A stretch of 64,000 nt of DNA from an uncultured Acidobacteriota bacterium (GTDB taxonomy: Bacteria; Acidobacteriota; Thermoanaerobaculia; Multivoradales; UBA5704). Under the pieces are notes generated by a model. That model searched no databases. It saw only the letters and a program-made list of their open reading frames with translations, and had not been told where the DNA came from. The stretch lies in NCBI GenBank assembly GCA_963770895.1, contig CAVYRF010000002.1:256001-320000 (forward strand), given 5' to 3'. The position numbers were made by a program, and so were the translations under genes. Positions 34,617 to 43,914 of the stretch are shown here, one piece after another. Positions within the stretch are counted from its first letter, which is position 1; each line of letters starts with the position of its first letter.

Positions 34617-35327
34617 CTAGCACGGCAGGCCCGTTCCCTCCTGCTGCGTCTCCTCCTGGCGCAGCACCCCCTCCTGCAGGCGCATGGCGCGGCTGCAGCG
34701 GCCGGCGATGACCGGGTTGTGGGTGACCAGCACCGCCGTCGTCTGGTGGCGCGTCTGCATCTCCAGCAGCAGGTCGAACACCTGCTCGCCGCTGGCCGGG
34801 TCGAGGTTGCCGGTCGGCTCGTCGGCCAGCAGCAGCGGCGGCGCCAGGACCAGGGCGCGGCACAACGCCACCCGCTGGCGCTCGCCGCCCGACAGCTCGC
34901 TGGGGAAGTGGTCGCGCCGCGGCATCAGGCCCACCTCGGCCAGCAGCTGCTCGGCGCGGGCCAGCACCTCGCGGCCCGGACGGCCGGCGATCCGCCCCGG
35001 CAGCATGATGTTTTCGAGCGCCGTGAAGTCGGGCAGCAGCTGGTGGAACTGGAAGACGAAGCCGATCGTGCGGTTGCGGAAGGCGGCCAGCGCCGCGGGC
35101 TTGAGGTCGGCGAGCGGCCGGCCGCCGATCTCGACGCTGCCGCCGTCGGGGCGATCGAGCGCCCCCAGCAGGTGCAGCAGGGTCGACTTGCCCGACCCCG
35201 AGGGCCCCACCACCGCCACCAGCTGGCCGGGCTCCACCTGCAGGTCGACGCCCAGCAGCACCGGCACGCGCCGGGCGCCGTCCTGGTAGGTCTTGGTCAG
35301 GCCGCGGGCGGACAGCGCGACGCTCAT
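34617..35327 (-). CDS. lolD: Lipoprotein-releasing ABC transporter ATPase
   Basis: GPSGSGKST, FVFQFHQLL, LSGGERQR and ADEPTGNLD; ATG overlaps the permease stop. Confidence 0.9.
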   Translation of the reverse strand: MSVALSARGLTKTYQDGARRVPVLLGVDLQVEPGQLVAVVGPSGSGKSTLLHLLGALDRPDGGSVEIGGRPLADLKPAALAAFRNRTIGFVFQFHQLLPDFTALENIMLPGRIAGRPGREVLARAEQLLAEVGLMPRRDHFPSELSGGERQRVALCRALVLAPPLLLADEPTGNLDPASGEQVFDLLLEMQTRHQTTAVLVTHNPVIAGRCSRAMRLQEGVLRQEETQQEGTGLPC

Positions 35328-36574
35328 CGCTTGAGCGCCTCGATCGGATCCAGGGAGGCGGCCCGCTCGGCGGCGTAGAGCGCCGAAGCCAGCGCCAGGC
35401 CCAGGGTCAGCAGCAGCACCAGCGCCAGGTCCAGCGGCTTGACCAGGAAGGGCACGTAGTCCAGGAAATACACCTTCCCCGGCACCGGCACCAGGTGGTA
35501 GCGGTCGAGCACCACGGCGGCGCCGACGCCGCCCACCGTCCCCAGGGCGATCCCCAGCCCGGCCACCAGGCCGCCGAGCAGCACGAAGGCGTGGCGCAGC
35601 CCGGCCGGGGTGGCGCCCATGGTGGCGAGGATGCCGATCTCGGGGCGCTTGCTGGCGATGATCAGGGCCAGGTCGGCGACCAGGGCCAGCGAGGCCACCA
35701 GGACGATCAGCGACACGGCGACGAACATCATCACCTTTTCGAGCCGCAGCGCGAACAGCAACGGCCGGTTGAGATCCTGCCAGGTGCGCACGGCGCTGCC
35801 CGGCGGCAGGCTGGCCGGCAGCCGCCCGGCCACCGCCAGGGCGGCGTCCAGGTTGACCGCCGCCACCTCGATCTGGCGCTCGGCGCCGCCCAGCAGCGTT
35901 TCGGCGACCGCCAGCGGCAGCGCCACCCGCTCGCGGTCCTCCTGCGCGCGCCCGGAGCGGTAGCAGCCGGCCAGCGACAGGGTGCGCAGGCGCGGCTGCG
36001 GACCGAGCGGCGTCAGGGTGGGACGCGGCGACACCACGGTCAGGTCGCGGCCCGGCTCCAGGCCCCAGCGGGCGCACAGCGTCTCCGGCGCGTACAGCCC
36101 CTCGGCACGCCCCGCGGCGCCGGGAAACGAGCGCGGCACCCGCCCGGCGAAGCCGATCAGCTCGACGGCGTGGACCTTGCCCTGGTCGAGCACCCAGCCG
36201 CTGCCGCGCACCTGCAGCTCGGCCGCGGTGACGCCGCCGAGGCGCCGCACCGCGTCGCGCGCCGCCTGGGCGGCGGCCAGGGGGAGGCCGGCGGGCAGCT
36301 CCACCAGCATCTGCGGCGTGCGGCTGACCAGCTCGCCGCGCAGCGCCTCCTGAAAGCCCGAGATCACCGCCAGCGACAGCACCAGGGCGGCGACGCCGAG
36401 CGCGATGCCGCCCGCCGCCACGGCGGACAGGAAGCTGGCGAAGGCGTCGCGCCGGGTGCTGCGCAGGTAGCGCAGGGCCAGGGTGACGGGCAGCGGCAGG
36501 TCGCGCAGCAGCAGCCGCGAGGAGCGCCCCCGGTCGCCGCCGGCGCGGGGAGAGGATCGGCGCGCGTCGATCAA
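35324..36574 (-). CDS. Lipoprotein-releasing ABC transporter permease (LolC/E family)
   Basis: LALRYLRS, GIALGVAAL, WQDLN..LL.AL.LEK, EIGILATMGA and AASLDPIEAL. Confidence 0.9.
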   Translation of the reverse strand: MIDARRSSPRAGGDRGRSSRLLLRDLPLPVTLALRYLRSTRRDAFASFLSAVAAGGIALGVAALVLSLAVISGFQEALRGELVSRTPQMLVELPAGLPLAAAQAARDAVRRLGGVTAAELQVRGSGWVLDQGKVHAVELIGFAGRVPRSFPGAAGRAEGLYAPETLCARWGLEPGRDLTVVSPRPTLTPLGPQPRLRTLSLAGCYRSGRAQEDRERVALPLAVAETLLGGAERQIEVAAVNLDAALAVAGRLPASLPPGSAVRTWQDLNRPLLFALRLEKVMMFVAVSLIVLVASLALVADLALIIASKRPEIGILATMGATPAGLRHAFVLLGGLVAGLGIALGTVGGVGAAVVLDRYHLVPVPGKVYFLDYVPFLVKPLDLALVLLLTLGLALASALYAAERAASLDPIEALKR

Positions 36575-38079
36575 TGGGCGTCCGGGTCCGCCGGCTCGGG
36601 GCGCAGGAGCGGAAACAGGATCACGTCCCGGATCGACGAGCGGTCGGTGAACAGCATCGCCAGGCGGTCGATGCCGATGCCGACGCCGCCGGCCGGCGGC
36701 ATGCCGTGCTCCAGCGCCCGCACGTAGTCGTGGTCGAACAGGTGGGCTTCGGCGTCGCCGCGCTCGCGCGCCGCGAGCTGCTGGCGGAAGCGCTCCGCCT
36801 GCACGTCGGGGTCGTTGAGCTCGCTGAAGCCGTTCGCGATCTCCATGCCGCCGACGTAGAGCTCGAAGCGCTCGGTGAAGCGCGGGTCGTCGGCGCGCTG
36901 CTTGGCGAGCGGCGACACCTCCACCGGGTAGTCTTCGATGAAGGTCGGCTGCTGCAGGTGCGGCTCGACGACGTATTCGAACAGCGCCATCAGCAGGTGG
37001 CCGTAGCTGCCGCCGGCGGGCGGCGGCACCGGCCGCGCCGCCAGCTCGGCGGCGACGCCGCCCTGGGTGTCCAGGCGCTCGGGCGGGATGCCGCCCAGCT
37101 CGGTGAGCGCCTGGCGCACGCCCAGGCGGCGCCAGGGGCGGGTGAAGTCGATCGCGGTGCCGCCCCAGGTGACGGCCGGGCGCTCCAAAAGCGGCAGCAC
37201 GCGCGCCGCCAGGCCGGTCAGCATCTCCTCGGTCATCGCCATCATGTCGCGGTAGTCGGCGTAGGCGGCGTAGAACTCGACCATGGTGAATTCAGGGTTG
37301 TGGCGGGTCGAGATCCCCTCGTTGCGGAAGTTGCGGTTGATCTCGAAGACGCGCGGGATGCCGCCCACCAGCAGCCGCTTGAGGTACAGCTCGGGGGCGA
37401 TGCGCAGGAAGAGGTCGATGTCCAGGGCGTTGTGGTGGGTGCGGAACGGCCGCGCCGTGGCGCCGCCGGCCAGCACCTGCATCATCGGCGTTTCCACTTC
37501 CAGAAACTGGTGCGCGGTCAGAAAGTCGCGCACCCCGGCGACGATCGCCGCCCGCACCTCGAAGACGCGGCGCGATTCGGGGCTGGTGGCCAGGTCCAGG
37601 TAGCGCTGGCGGTAGCGCGCTTCGACGTCGGCCAGGCCGTGCCACTTTTCGGGCAGCGGCCGCAGCGCCTTGGCCAGCAGCGTCAGGTCGTCGACGCGCA
37701 GCGACAGTTCCCCGGCGCGGGTGCGCATCACCTGTCCGGCGGCCCCCACCAGGTCGCCCAGGTCGAGGTTGTCCAGCACCTGGAGCGCCGCCGGGGGCAG
37801 CGCGTCCTTGCGCACGAACAGCTGCAGCTTGGCGCGGCCGTCGTGCAGGTCGACAAAGGCGCTCTTGCCGTGCTCGCGGATGCCCTTGATGCGGCCAGGC
37901 ACGCGCAGGCGGATCGCCGCCGCGTCCAGCTCCTCCGCGGTGCTCTCGGCAAAGCGAGCGTGCACCGTGGCCGGCTCGGCGTCCCAATCGAAGCGGTGGG
38001 GATAGGTGGCGACGCCGGCGTCGGCCAGACGTTGGCGCTTGGCGCGGCGGTTCTGGATCTGTTCGTCGAGCTCGGACAT
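36571..38079 (-). CDS. lysS: Lysine--tRNA ligase (class II)
   Basis: LPEKWHGL, RYRQRYLDL, GGATARPF.THHN, FRNEG, HNPEFTM and GIGIDRL; start MSELDEQ. Confidence 0.97.
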   Translation of the reverse strand: MSELDEQIQNRRAKRQRLADAGVATYPHRFDWDAEPATVHARFAESTAEELDAAAIRLRVPGRIKGIREHGKSAFVDLHDGRAKLQLFVRKDALPPAALQVLDNLDLGDLVGAAGQVMRTRAGELSLRVDDLTLLAKALRPLPEKWHGLADVEARYRQRYLDLATSPESRRVFEVRAAIVAGVRDFLTAHQFLEVETPMMQVLAGGATARPFRTHHNALDIDLFLRIAPELYLKRLLVGGIPRVFEINRNFRNEGISTRHNPEFTMVEFYAAYADYRDMMAMTEEMLTGLAARVLPLLERPAVTWGGTAIDFTRPWRRLGVRQALTELGGIPPERLDTQGGVAAELAARPVPPPAGGSYGHLLMALFEYVVEPHLQQPTFIEDYPVEVSPLAKQRADDPRFTERFELYVGGMEIANGFSELNDPDVQAERFRQQLAARERGDAEAHLFDHDYVRALEHGMPPAGGVGIGIDRLAMLFTDRSSIRDVILFPLLRPEPADPDAH

Positions 38080-38172
38080 AGACCTTGCGGCGGCAGCGGC
38101 GGCGGCATGCCGGAGGGCGCCGAGCGCACACGATAGCTCACTTTGCCGCCCCTGATAGCATGCCGGGCAGCG

Positions 38173-39030
38173 ATGATTGAGCCCTGTGACGAAGCGGGCC
38201 GCCTGGCGGAGGCGGTCAAGACGGCGGTCGAGAGCTGGGACGACCTGGGCTGGCCGCGCCCGGCGGTGGCCGTGGTGTCCGGCTCGGGCCTGGCGGTCGA
38301 CCTGGGCGAGGCGGCCCGCGGGCCGGTCGACCTGTCGTACTTCCTGCCGTTTGCCGTCCACCCGCTGGCCGGGCACCCGCACCAGGTGGAGCTGCTGCGG
38401 CCGCTCGGCGGGCGCGAGGTGGCCTACCTGCGCGGCCGGCTGCACCCCTACCAGGGATACAGCGCCGAGCAGACGGTGTTTCCGGTGCGGCTGGCGGCGC
38501 AGCTGGGCGCGCGGGTGCTGATCCTGACCAACGCCAGCGGCGGCCTGCGCGCGGGCCAGCAGGTGGGCGACCTGCTGGCGGTGCGCGACCACGTCAACCT
38601 GACTGGCCTCAATCCGCTGCGCGGCCAGCTGCCCGCCGAATGGGGGCCGCGCTTCCCCGACATGGTGGGCGCCTACGACCCGGCGCTGGCCGCGCTGGCG
38701 CACCGGCTGGCCGCGGGCGCCGGGGTGCCGTTGGGCGACGGCGTGTACGCGGGGGTGCTGGGGCCCAGCTACGAGACGCCGGCCGAGGTGCGCATGCTGC
38801 AGACCCTGGGCTGCGACCTGGCCGGCATGTCGACGGTGCTGGAGGTGATCGCCGCCCGCCAGATGGGGCTGCGCTGCCTCTGCCTGTCGCTGGTCAGCAA
38901 CCCCGCCGCCGGGCTGGCCGCGGCGCCGCTCAGCCACGACGACGTGCTGGCCGCCGCGGACGCGGGGGGAGCCCGCCTGGCGCGCCTGCTGCGGGCGCTG
39001 CTCGAAAGCCCCGAGCTGCTGCCGGTCTGA
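38173..39030 (+). CDS. punA: Purine-nucleoside phosphorylase (trimeric type)
   Basis: VSGSGL, GRLHPYQGY, LTNASGG, GPSYETPAE, GMSTVLE and SNPAAG..LSH. Confidence 0.9.
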   Translation: MIEPCDEAGRLAEAVKTAVESWDDLGWPRPAVAVVSGSGLAVDLGEAARGPVDLSYFLPFAVHPLAGHPHQVELLRPLGGREVAYLRGRLHPYQGYSAEQTVFPVRLAAQLGARVLILTNASGGLRAGQQVGDLLAVRDHVNLTGLNPLRGQLPAEWGPRFPDMVGAYDPALAALAHRLAAGAGVPLGDGVYAGVLGPSYETPAEVRMLQTLGCDLAGMSTVLEVIAARQMGLRCLCLSLVSNPAAGLAAAPLSHDDVLAAADAGGARLARLLRALLESPELLPV

Positions 39031-39034
39031 GACC

Positions 39035-39922
39035 TCAGGGAACGGCGGCGGGGTCGGCCGCGGCCGGCTGGTGCGCCGCGGCGTCCGCCGGCGAGCCGTA
39101 GCCGGTCGACAGGCGGTCGCGCACCAGCCAGATCTCGGGGAAGAAGCGCATGGCGAGCGTCGCGGTCAGGTACTTGGCGCCCGAGGAGCCGCCGGTGCCG
39201 GAGAGCGAGCCGATCATGCGCTCGACCATCTTCACGTGGTGGAAGCGCCAGATCGCGAAACGCTCGTCGAACTGCAGCAGGTGCTCGGCCAGCCGGAACT
39301 GCGCATAGTGGCGGTCGGGATCGGAGTACAGCACGACCAGCGCCTGGATCACCCCTTCGTCCGGGGTGTGCACCTGGGTGACGTCGCGCGCCAGCACCGC
39401 CTGCGGGATGGCGAAACCGCTGCGCGCCAGGTGGTGCAGGAAATGATCGTACAGGGTCGGCTTGCCCATCGCCTCCTGGAGCGCCACGAGCGATTCGGGG
39501 TCCTCTCCCACCCGTTCGATCAGCCGCGCGTTCTTGGCGCCGCAGAGGAATTCCAGGCGGCGGAACTGCACCGACTGAAAGCCGCTCGCCGGGCGCAGGT
39601 TGTCGCGGAACTGCGCGAAATCGACCGCGAACATGGTTTCGAGCAGCGGGATCTGCTCGATGAGCAGGTGCTGGATGGCGTGCAGCCGGTCGAACAGCTG
39701 GGCGGCGCGCAGCGGCTGGTCGCGATCCATCCAGTCGCACACCGACGCGACTTCGTGCAGCATCTGCTTGAACCACAGCTCGTAGACCTGGTGGCTGATG
39801 ATGAACAGCAGCTCGTCGTGGTGCGCCGGCCGCGACAGCTCGCGCTGCAGCGACAGCAGCTGCGGCACCTCCAGGTAGGTGGAGTAGGTCAGCTTGGCGG
39901 AGCCGGCGGGCGCGTCGGTCAT
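39035..39922 (-). CDS. kynA: Tryptophan 2,3-dioxygenase
   Basis: TYSTYL, HDELLFIISHQVYELWFK, PASGFQSVQFR, WRFHH and GTGGSSG. Confidence 0.95.
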   Translation of the reverse strand: MTDAPAGSAKLTYSTYLEVPQLLSLQRELSRPAHHDELLFIISHQVYELWFKQMLHEVASVCDWMDRDQPLRAAQLFDRLHAIQHLLIEQIPLLETMFAVDFAQFRDNLRPASGFQSVQFRRLEFLCGAKNARLIERVGEDPESLVALQEAMGKPTLYDHFLHHLARSGFAIPQAVLARDVTQVHTPDEGVIQALVVLYSDPDRHYAQFRLAEHLLQFDERFAIWRFHHVKMVERMIGSLSGTGGSSGAKYLTATLAMRFFPEIWLVRDRLSTGYGSPADAAAHQPAAADPAAVP

Positions 39923-39932
39923 CGGCGGGACA

Positions 39933-41648
39933 CTAGGCGATGGTGCCGCCGGGATTGCGCTTGAGCAGCGGCTTGTAGGCCAGCAGCCACAGCCCCGAAT
40001 AGTCGCGCATCAGGCGCATGCGCAGCAGCTGCAGCTGGCGCCCTTCGGTGACGCTCCCCGACAGCACGGCCTCGTCCAGCACGTGGTGGAAGCGCCACAG
40101 GAAGGCGTCGGCGGTGCGCGCGGTCCAGCGGGCGCGGGCGTAGACGATCGAGTCGCCGGTCACCGAAGTCTCGTCGAGGATGCCGGAGATCTCCTGCGCC
40201 TCCTCGTTGATGCGCATGCGCAGGGCGGCGCCCTCCAGCAGGAACTGCTCCAGCTCGCGGTCGCAGCTGGCGCGCCCGTAGAGGCGGCGGTAGGCCAGCA
40301 CTTCGCGCGGCTCGATGCGCAGCGGAAAGACTTCCGGCATCACCACCACCCGGTCGACGGCCATTTCCGCGTCGACGCCGCGCAGGGCATCCACCAGGCG
40401 GCGGTAGTGCTCGCCCAGCAGATCTTCCTGCGCCGCGAGCGGCGACGCGCCGGCGACGCCGGTGGCCCCCGACAGGTGGCCGCTGTCGTCCTGGTACTGG
40501 CGGCGGCTGCCGGGGATGCCGACACCGGTATGGCCGCCGCCGAAGCCGGAATAGCCGGAATCGCCGGCGGCGTGTTCGCCGGCGCCGGCGGAGCCGGACG
40601 ACCTGGACGCGCCGATGCCGCTGGCCGTGCCGCCGCCGAGCGCGCCGGCGCCGGGGCCGCGGCCGGCGGCGGTCAGGCGGGGCAGCAGATCGCGGACGCG
40701 GGCGCGGATCAACGCCAGGTCTTCCAGCTTCAGCTCCTGGCTTTGCAGCTGGGCTTCGAAGCGCTCGATCTCCTGGCGGAACTGCATCAGCTCCTGGTCC
40801 AGCTCGCGATCCAGCGGCACTTCGCGCTCCAGCTCGAAGACGCGCTGGTATTCGGCGACGATGCGCTGCTCTTCCTTGGCGTACAGGTTCTGGATGCGGC
40901 TCTTGAGCGCCAGGTTGGTCTCCTGGATGGCGAGCGCCAGGCCGGGCTCCAGGAAGAGGTTGCCCAGGTCGTGCTTGAGCGCCCGGTAGCGCGGCACCAG
41001 GTCGTGCTCGCTCAGCTGGTCCAGGGTCGAGATTTCGCCGACTTCCTGCCGGATGCCGTCGACTTCGCGCCGCTTGGCCGACACGTAGTCGGCGTCCGGC
41101 GTGGAGGCGCCCAGCATGGCCCACAGCCCCTGGAAGATCTCGCTCAGCCGGCGGTGGTCGCGCAGCCGCGGCTCACCGGTGCGGTCGTCTTCCTCTTCGC
41201 TCAGGCGGGCGAGCAGGAAGTCCACCTTGTCCAGGCGGTCGCTGGGCCAGATCTCCCCCGGCTGCGTGTACAGGTAGAACTTGACCAGCTGGGTGAGAAT
41301 CTTTTCGTCGTAGGTCTTGACGCGGCGGAAGAACTGCCGCAGGTAGTAAGGAGCGACTCTGCTATCCTCTTCGTCCAGGTCTTCGATCAGCTCGCTCAAG
41401 CGGCGATCGATCGATTCCAGCTTGCTGCGCAGGCGCTCGCTTTCGGACGTGTTGTTGAGGCTCTGCGAGATCTCCTTGAGCTCCGCGTAAAGGTTTTGAA
41501 ACTCGACCGAGTGCGCGTCGTTGACGTGCTGCTGCCCGGTCTTGCTGAGGCTCTGCAGGAACTGATGGAACGTCCATGCGGCGCGAAAGCGGTGGGAGGT
41601 ATCGGCGTAGCGGCGATGCAGCGCGCCGAGCTCTTGGACGGTCGTCAT
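39933..41648 (-). CDS. Hypothetical alpha-helical/coiled-coil protein (571 aa)
   Basis: Long ORF with natural E/L/R-rich composition and a Gly/Ser-rich linker; ends 10 nt before the kynA start. Confidence 0.8.
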   Translation of the reverse strand: MTTVQELGALHRRYADTSHRFRAAWTFHQFLQSLSKTGQQHVNDAHSVEFQNLYAELKEISQSLNNTSESERLRSKLESIDRRLSELIEDLDEEDSRVAPYYLRQFFRRVKTYDEKILTQLVKFYLYTQPGEIWPSDRLDKVDFLLARLSEEEDDRTGEPRLRDHRRLSEIFQGLWAMLGASTPDADYVSAKRREVDGIRQEVGEISTLDQLSEHDLVPRYRALKHDLGNLFLEPGLALAIQETNLALKSRIQNLYAKEEQRIVAEYQRVFELEREVPLDRELDQELMQFRQEIERFEAQLQSQELKLEDLALIRARVRDLLPRLTAAGRGPGAGALGGGTASGIGASRSSGSAGAGEHAAGDSGYSGFGGGHTGVGIPGSRRQYQDDSGHLSGATGVAGASPLAAQEDLLGEHYRRLVDALRGVDAEMAVDRVVVMPEVFPLRIEPREVLAYRRLYGRASCDRELEQFLLEGAALRMRINEEAQEISGILDETSVTGDSIVYARARWTARTADAFLWRFHHVLDEAVLSGSVTEGRQLQLLRMRLMRDYSGLWLLAYKPLLKRNPGGTIA

Positions 41649-41724
41649 TGCAGGATGGAATCCACGTGCGGAACCAGAAGTCGGGCCAGGATATCACGCC
41701 GCGGCTGCCCTCGATGAGCTGGCG

Positions 41725-42285
41725 ATGCGCGTTTTGATCCCCCAGGCCGACGTCGAAAGGCGGGTGGCCCAGCTGGCCGGCCAGATCGGCCGCGACTATG
41801 CGCTGTGCGGCGCCGGCCCGCGGCCGGCCGACGATCCGTTGATCGCCGTCGGCGTCCTCAAAGGCTCCGTTTTCTTCCTCGCCGACCTGCTCAAGCACCT
41901 CACCCTGCCGGTCGCCGTCGACTTCTTTCAGACCTCCAGCTATGGCAGCGGCGGCGCCGTGCGCGACGACGTGCGCATCCGCAAGGACCTGGACCTGTCG
42001 ATCCGCGGCCGCGACGTGCTGCTGGTCGAAGACATCGTCGACACCGGGTACACCATCCGCACGCTCCTCGACCTGCTACGATTCCGCGGCGCGCGCAGCG
42101 TCCGGCTGTGCACCCTGCTGGACAAGGCGGCGGCGCGCGCGGTCCAGGTGCCGATCGACTATTGCGGCTTCCAGATCGACGATCTCTTCGTGGTGGGCTA
42201 CGGCCTCGACCACGGCGAGCGCTACCGCAACCTCCCGTACATCGCCGTATGGGAACCCGAACCTCCCGCTGCGGCAACCACATAG
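41725..42285 (+). CDS. hpt: Hypoxanthine phosphoribosyltransferase
   Basis: GVLKGS..F.ADL, SSYG, LVEDIVDTG.T, LLDK and FVVGYGLD...RYRNLPYI. Confidence 0.96.
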   Translation: MRVLIPQADVERRVAQLAGQIGRDYALCGAGPRPADDPLIAVGVLKGSVFFLADLLKHLTLPVAVDFFQTSSYGSGGAVRDDVRIRKDLDLSIRGRDVLLVEDIVDTGYTIRTLLDLLRFRGARSVRLCTLLDKAAARAVQVPIDYCGFQIDDLFVVGYGLDHGERYRNLPYIAVWEPEPPAAATT

Positions 42286-42297
42286 GAGCGCCCAGGC

Positions 42298-42687
42298 ATG
42301 CACTTCCATCACACCGACGACGCCCCCAAGGCGATCGGCCCCTACTCGCAGGCTGTAGCCGACGGCGGCTGGCTCTACACCTCCGGCCAGGTGGGCATGG
42401 ACCCGGCAACCGGCGAGCTGGTGCCCGGCGGCTTCGAGCCCCAGGCCCAGCGCGCCCTGGAAAACCTCAGCCACGTCCTGGCCTCCGCCGGCTGCACCTT
42501 CGCCGACGTCATCAAGGCCAACGTCTTCGTCGTCGACCTGGCGGACTTCCCGCGCCTCAACGCCCTGTACGCCAAGGCCATGGGCGACCATCGCCCGGCC
42601 CGCTCCACCGTCCAGGTCGCCGCCCTCCCCAAGGGCGCCCTGGTCGAAATCGACCTGGTCGCCCGGCTGCCGCAGTCAGGAAGCTAG
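42298..42687 (+). CDS. ridA: RidA (YjgF/YER057c/UK114) enamine deaminase
   Basis: APKAIGPYSQA, SGQ and PARSTVQVAALPKGALVEI; RBS AGGAG. Confidence 0.93.
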   Translation: MHFHHTDDAPKAIGPYSQAVADGGWLYTSGQVGMDPATGELVPGGFEPQAQRALENLSHVLASAGCTFADVIKANVFVVDLADFPRLNALYAKAMGDHRPARSTVQVAALPKGALVEIDLVARLPQSGS

Positions 42688-42786
42688 CGCAAGCTGGAGT
42701 CCCGGCCCGGACGCCGGCGGCGGAAGCCGGCGAGCCCTGCGCGCTCCGGGCCAGGCGCGCCGGCGCCGGCGCGGTCGACGCCCGGC

Positions 42787-43914
42787 CTAAGCCTGGGCGG
42801 CGGCGGAGTGGGAGCGGCGGGAGCCGCCGTTGCCGCTACCGCTGCCCCACAGCTGCCGCAGGCGGGCGATCGCCGTTTCGATCTGCTGCCGGCTGACGTC
42901 GCGGTGGGTGACCATGCGCGCTTCGTCCGGGCTGACCGGCGAGGCCAGCACGCCCGCGGCGCGAAGGCGGGCCACGCACGCCGCCAGCGGGCCCTCGGCG
43001 GGAGGGGCGCCGTCGCCGAACAGGCGGGCCGTCGGCCGGAACACCACGACGTTGGTGCGCACCGCCGCCAGGTCGATCTCGATGCCCGGCAGCTCGGCCA
43101 GGGCCGCCGCCAGCATCGCCGCGTGGACGTGATCGTCGGCCAGCCGCGCCGGCCCCTTGCGCAGCGCCACCAGCCCCGCCGCGGCCAGCACCCCCGCCTG
43201 GCGCATGCCGCCGCCCAGCATCCGGCGCACCCGCCGCGCCTCGTCGATCAGCCCCCGGCCACCGCACAGCATCGACCCCACCGGCGCCCCCAGCCCCTTG
43301 GACAGGCACACCATCACCGAATCGAAGCCGGCCGCGAGCGCCGGCACCGGCGTGCCCAGGGCCGTCGCGGCGTTCCAGATCCGCGCCCCGTCCAGGTGCA
43401 CCGGCAGCTGGTGGCGGCGCGCCACCGCCAGCAGCGCATCGGTCAGCGGCCGCTCGTAGACGCTGCCGCCCGCCAGGTTGTGACTGTTCTCCAACACCAG
43501 CAACCCGGTGCGCGACCGGTACGACACGTTGGGCGCGATCGCCGCCTCGACCGCCGCCGGGTGCAACAGCCCCTGCGGCGACGCGAGCGGCCGCGGCAGC
43601 AACCCCGAAAGCGCCGCCATCGCCCCCATCTCGAACACGAAGATATGGCTGCGGCTGTCGCACAGCACCTCGCTGCCGGGCCTGGCAAGCAGGTGCAGCG
43701 CGATCTGGTTGCCCATCATCCCGCTCGGCACGAACAGCGACGCCTCGTGCCCCAGCGCCGCCGCCGCCTCCTCCTCCAGCAGCCGCACCGTGGGGTCCTC
43801 GCCATACACGTCGTCCCCCACCTCCGCGCCCGCCATCGCCCGCCGCATCTCCTCGTCGGGCTTGGTCACCGTATCCGACCGCAGATCGATCGGCGCCGCC
43901 GCAACGTCGCTCAT
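42787..43914 (-). CDS. ltaE: Low-specificity L-threonine aldolase
   Basis: DLRSDTVT, GDDVYGEDPT, HLDGARIWNA, CLSKGLGAPVGS and GGGMRQAG. Confidence 0.94.
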   Translation of the reverse strand: MSDVAAAPIDLRSDTVTKPDEEMRRAMAGAEVGDDVYGEDPTVRLLEEEAAAALGHEASLFVPSGMMGNQIALHLLARPGSEVLCDSRSHIFVFEMGAMAALSGLLPRPLASPQGLLHPAAVEAAIAPNVSYRSRTGLLVLENSHNLAGGSVYERPLTDALLAVARRHQLPVHLDGARIWNAATALGTPVPALAAGFDSVMVCLSKGLGAPVGSMLCGGRGLIDEARRVRRMLGGGMRQAGVLAAAGLVALRKGPARLADDHVHAAMLAAALAELPGIEIDLAAVRTNVVVFRPTARLFGDGAPPAEGPLAACVARLRAAGVLASPVSPDEARMVTHRDVSRQQIETAIARLRQLWGSGSGNGGSRRSHSAAAQA

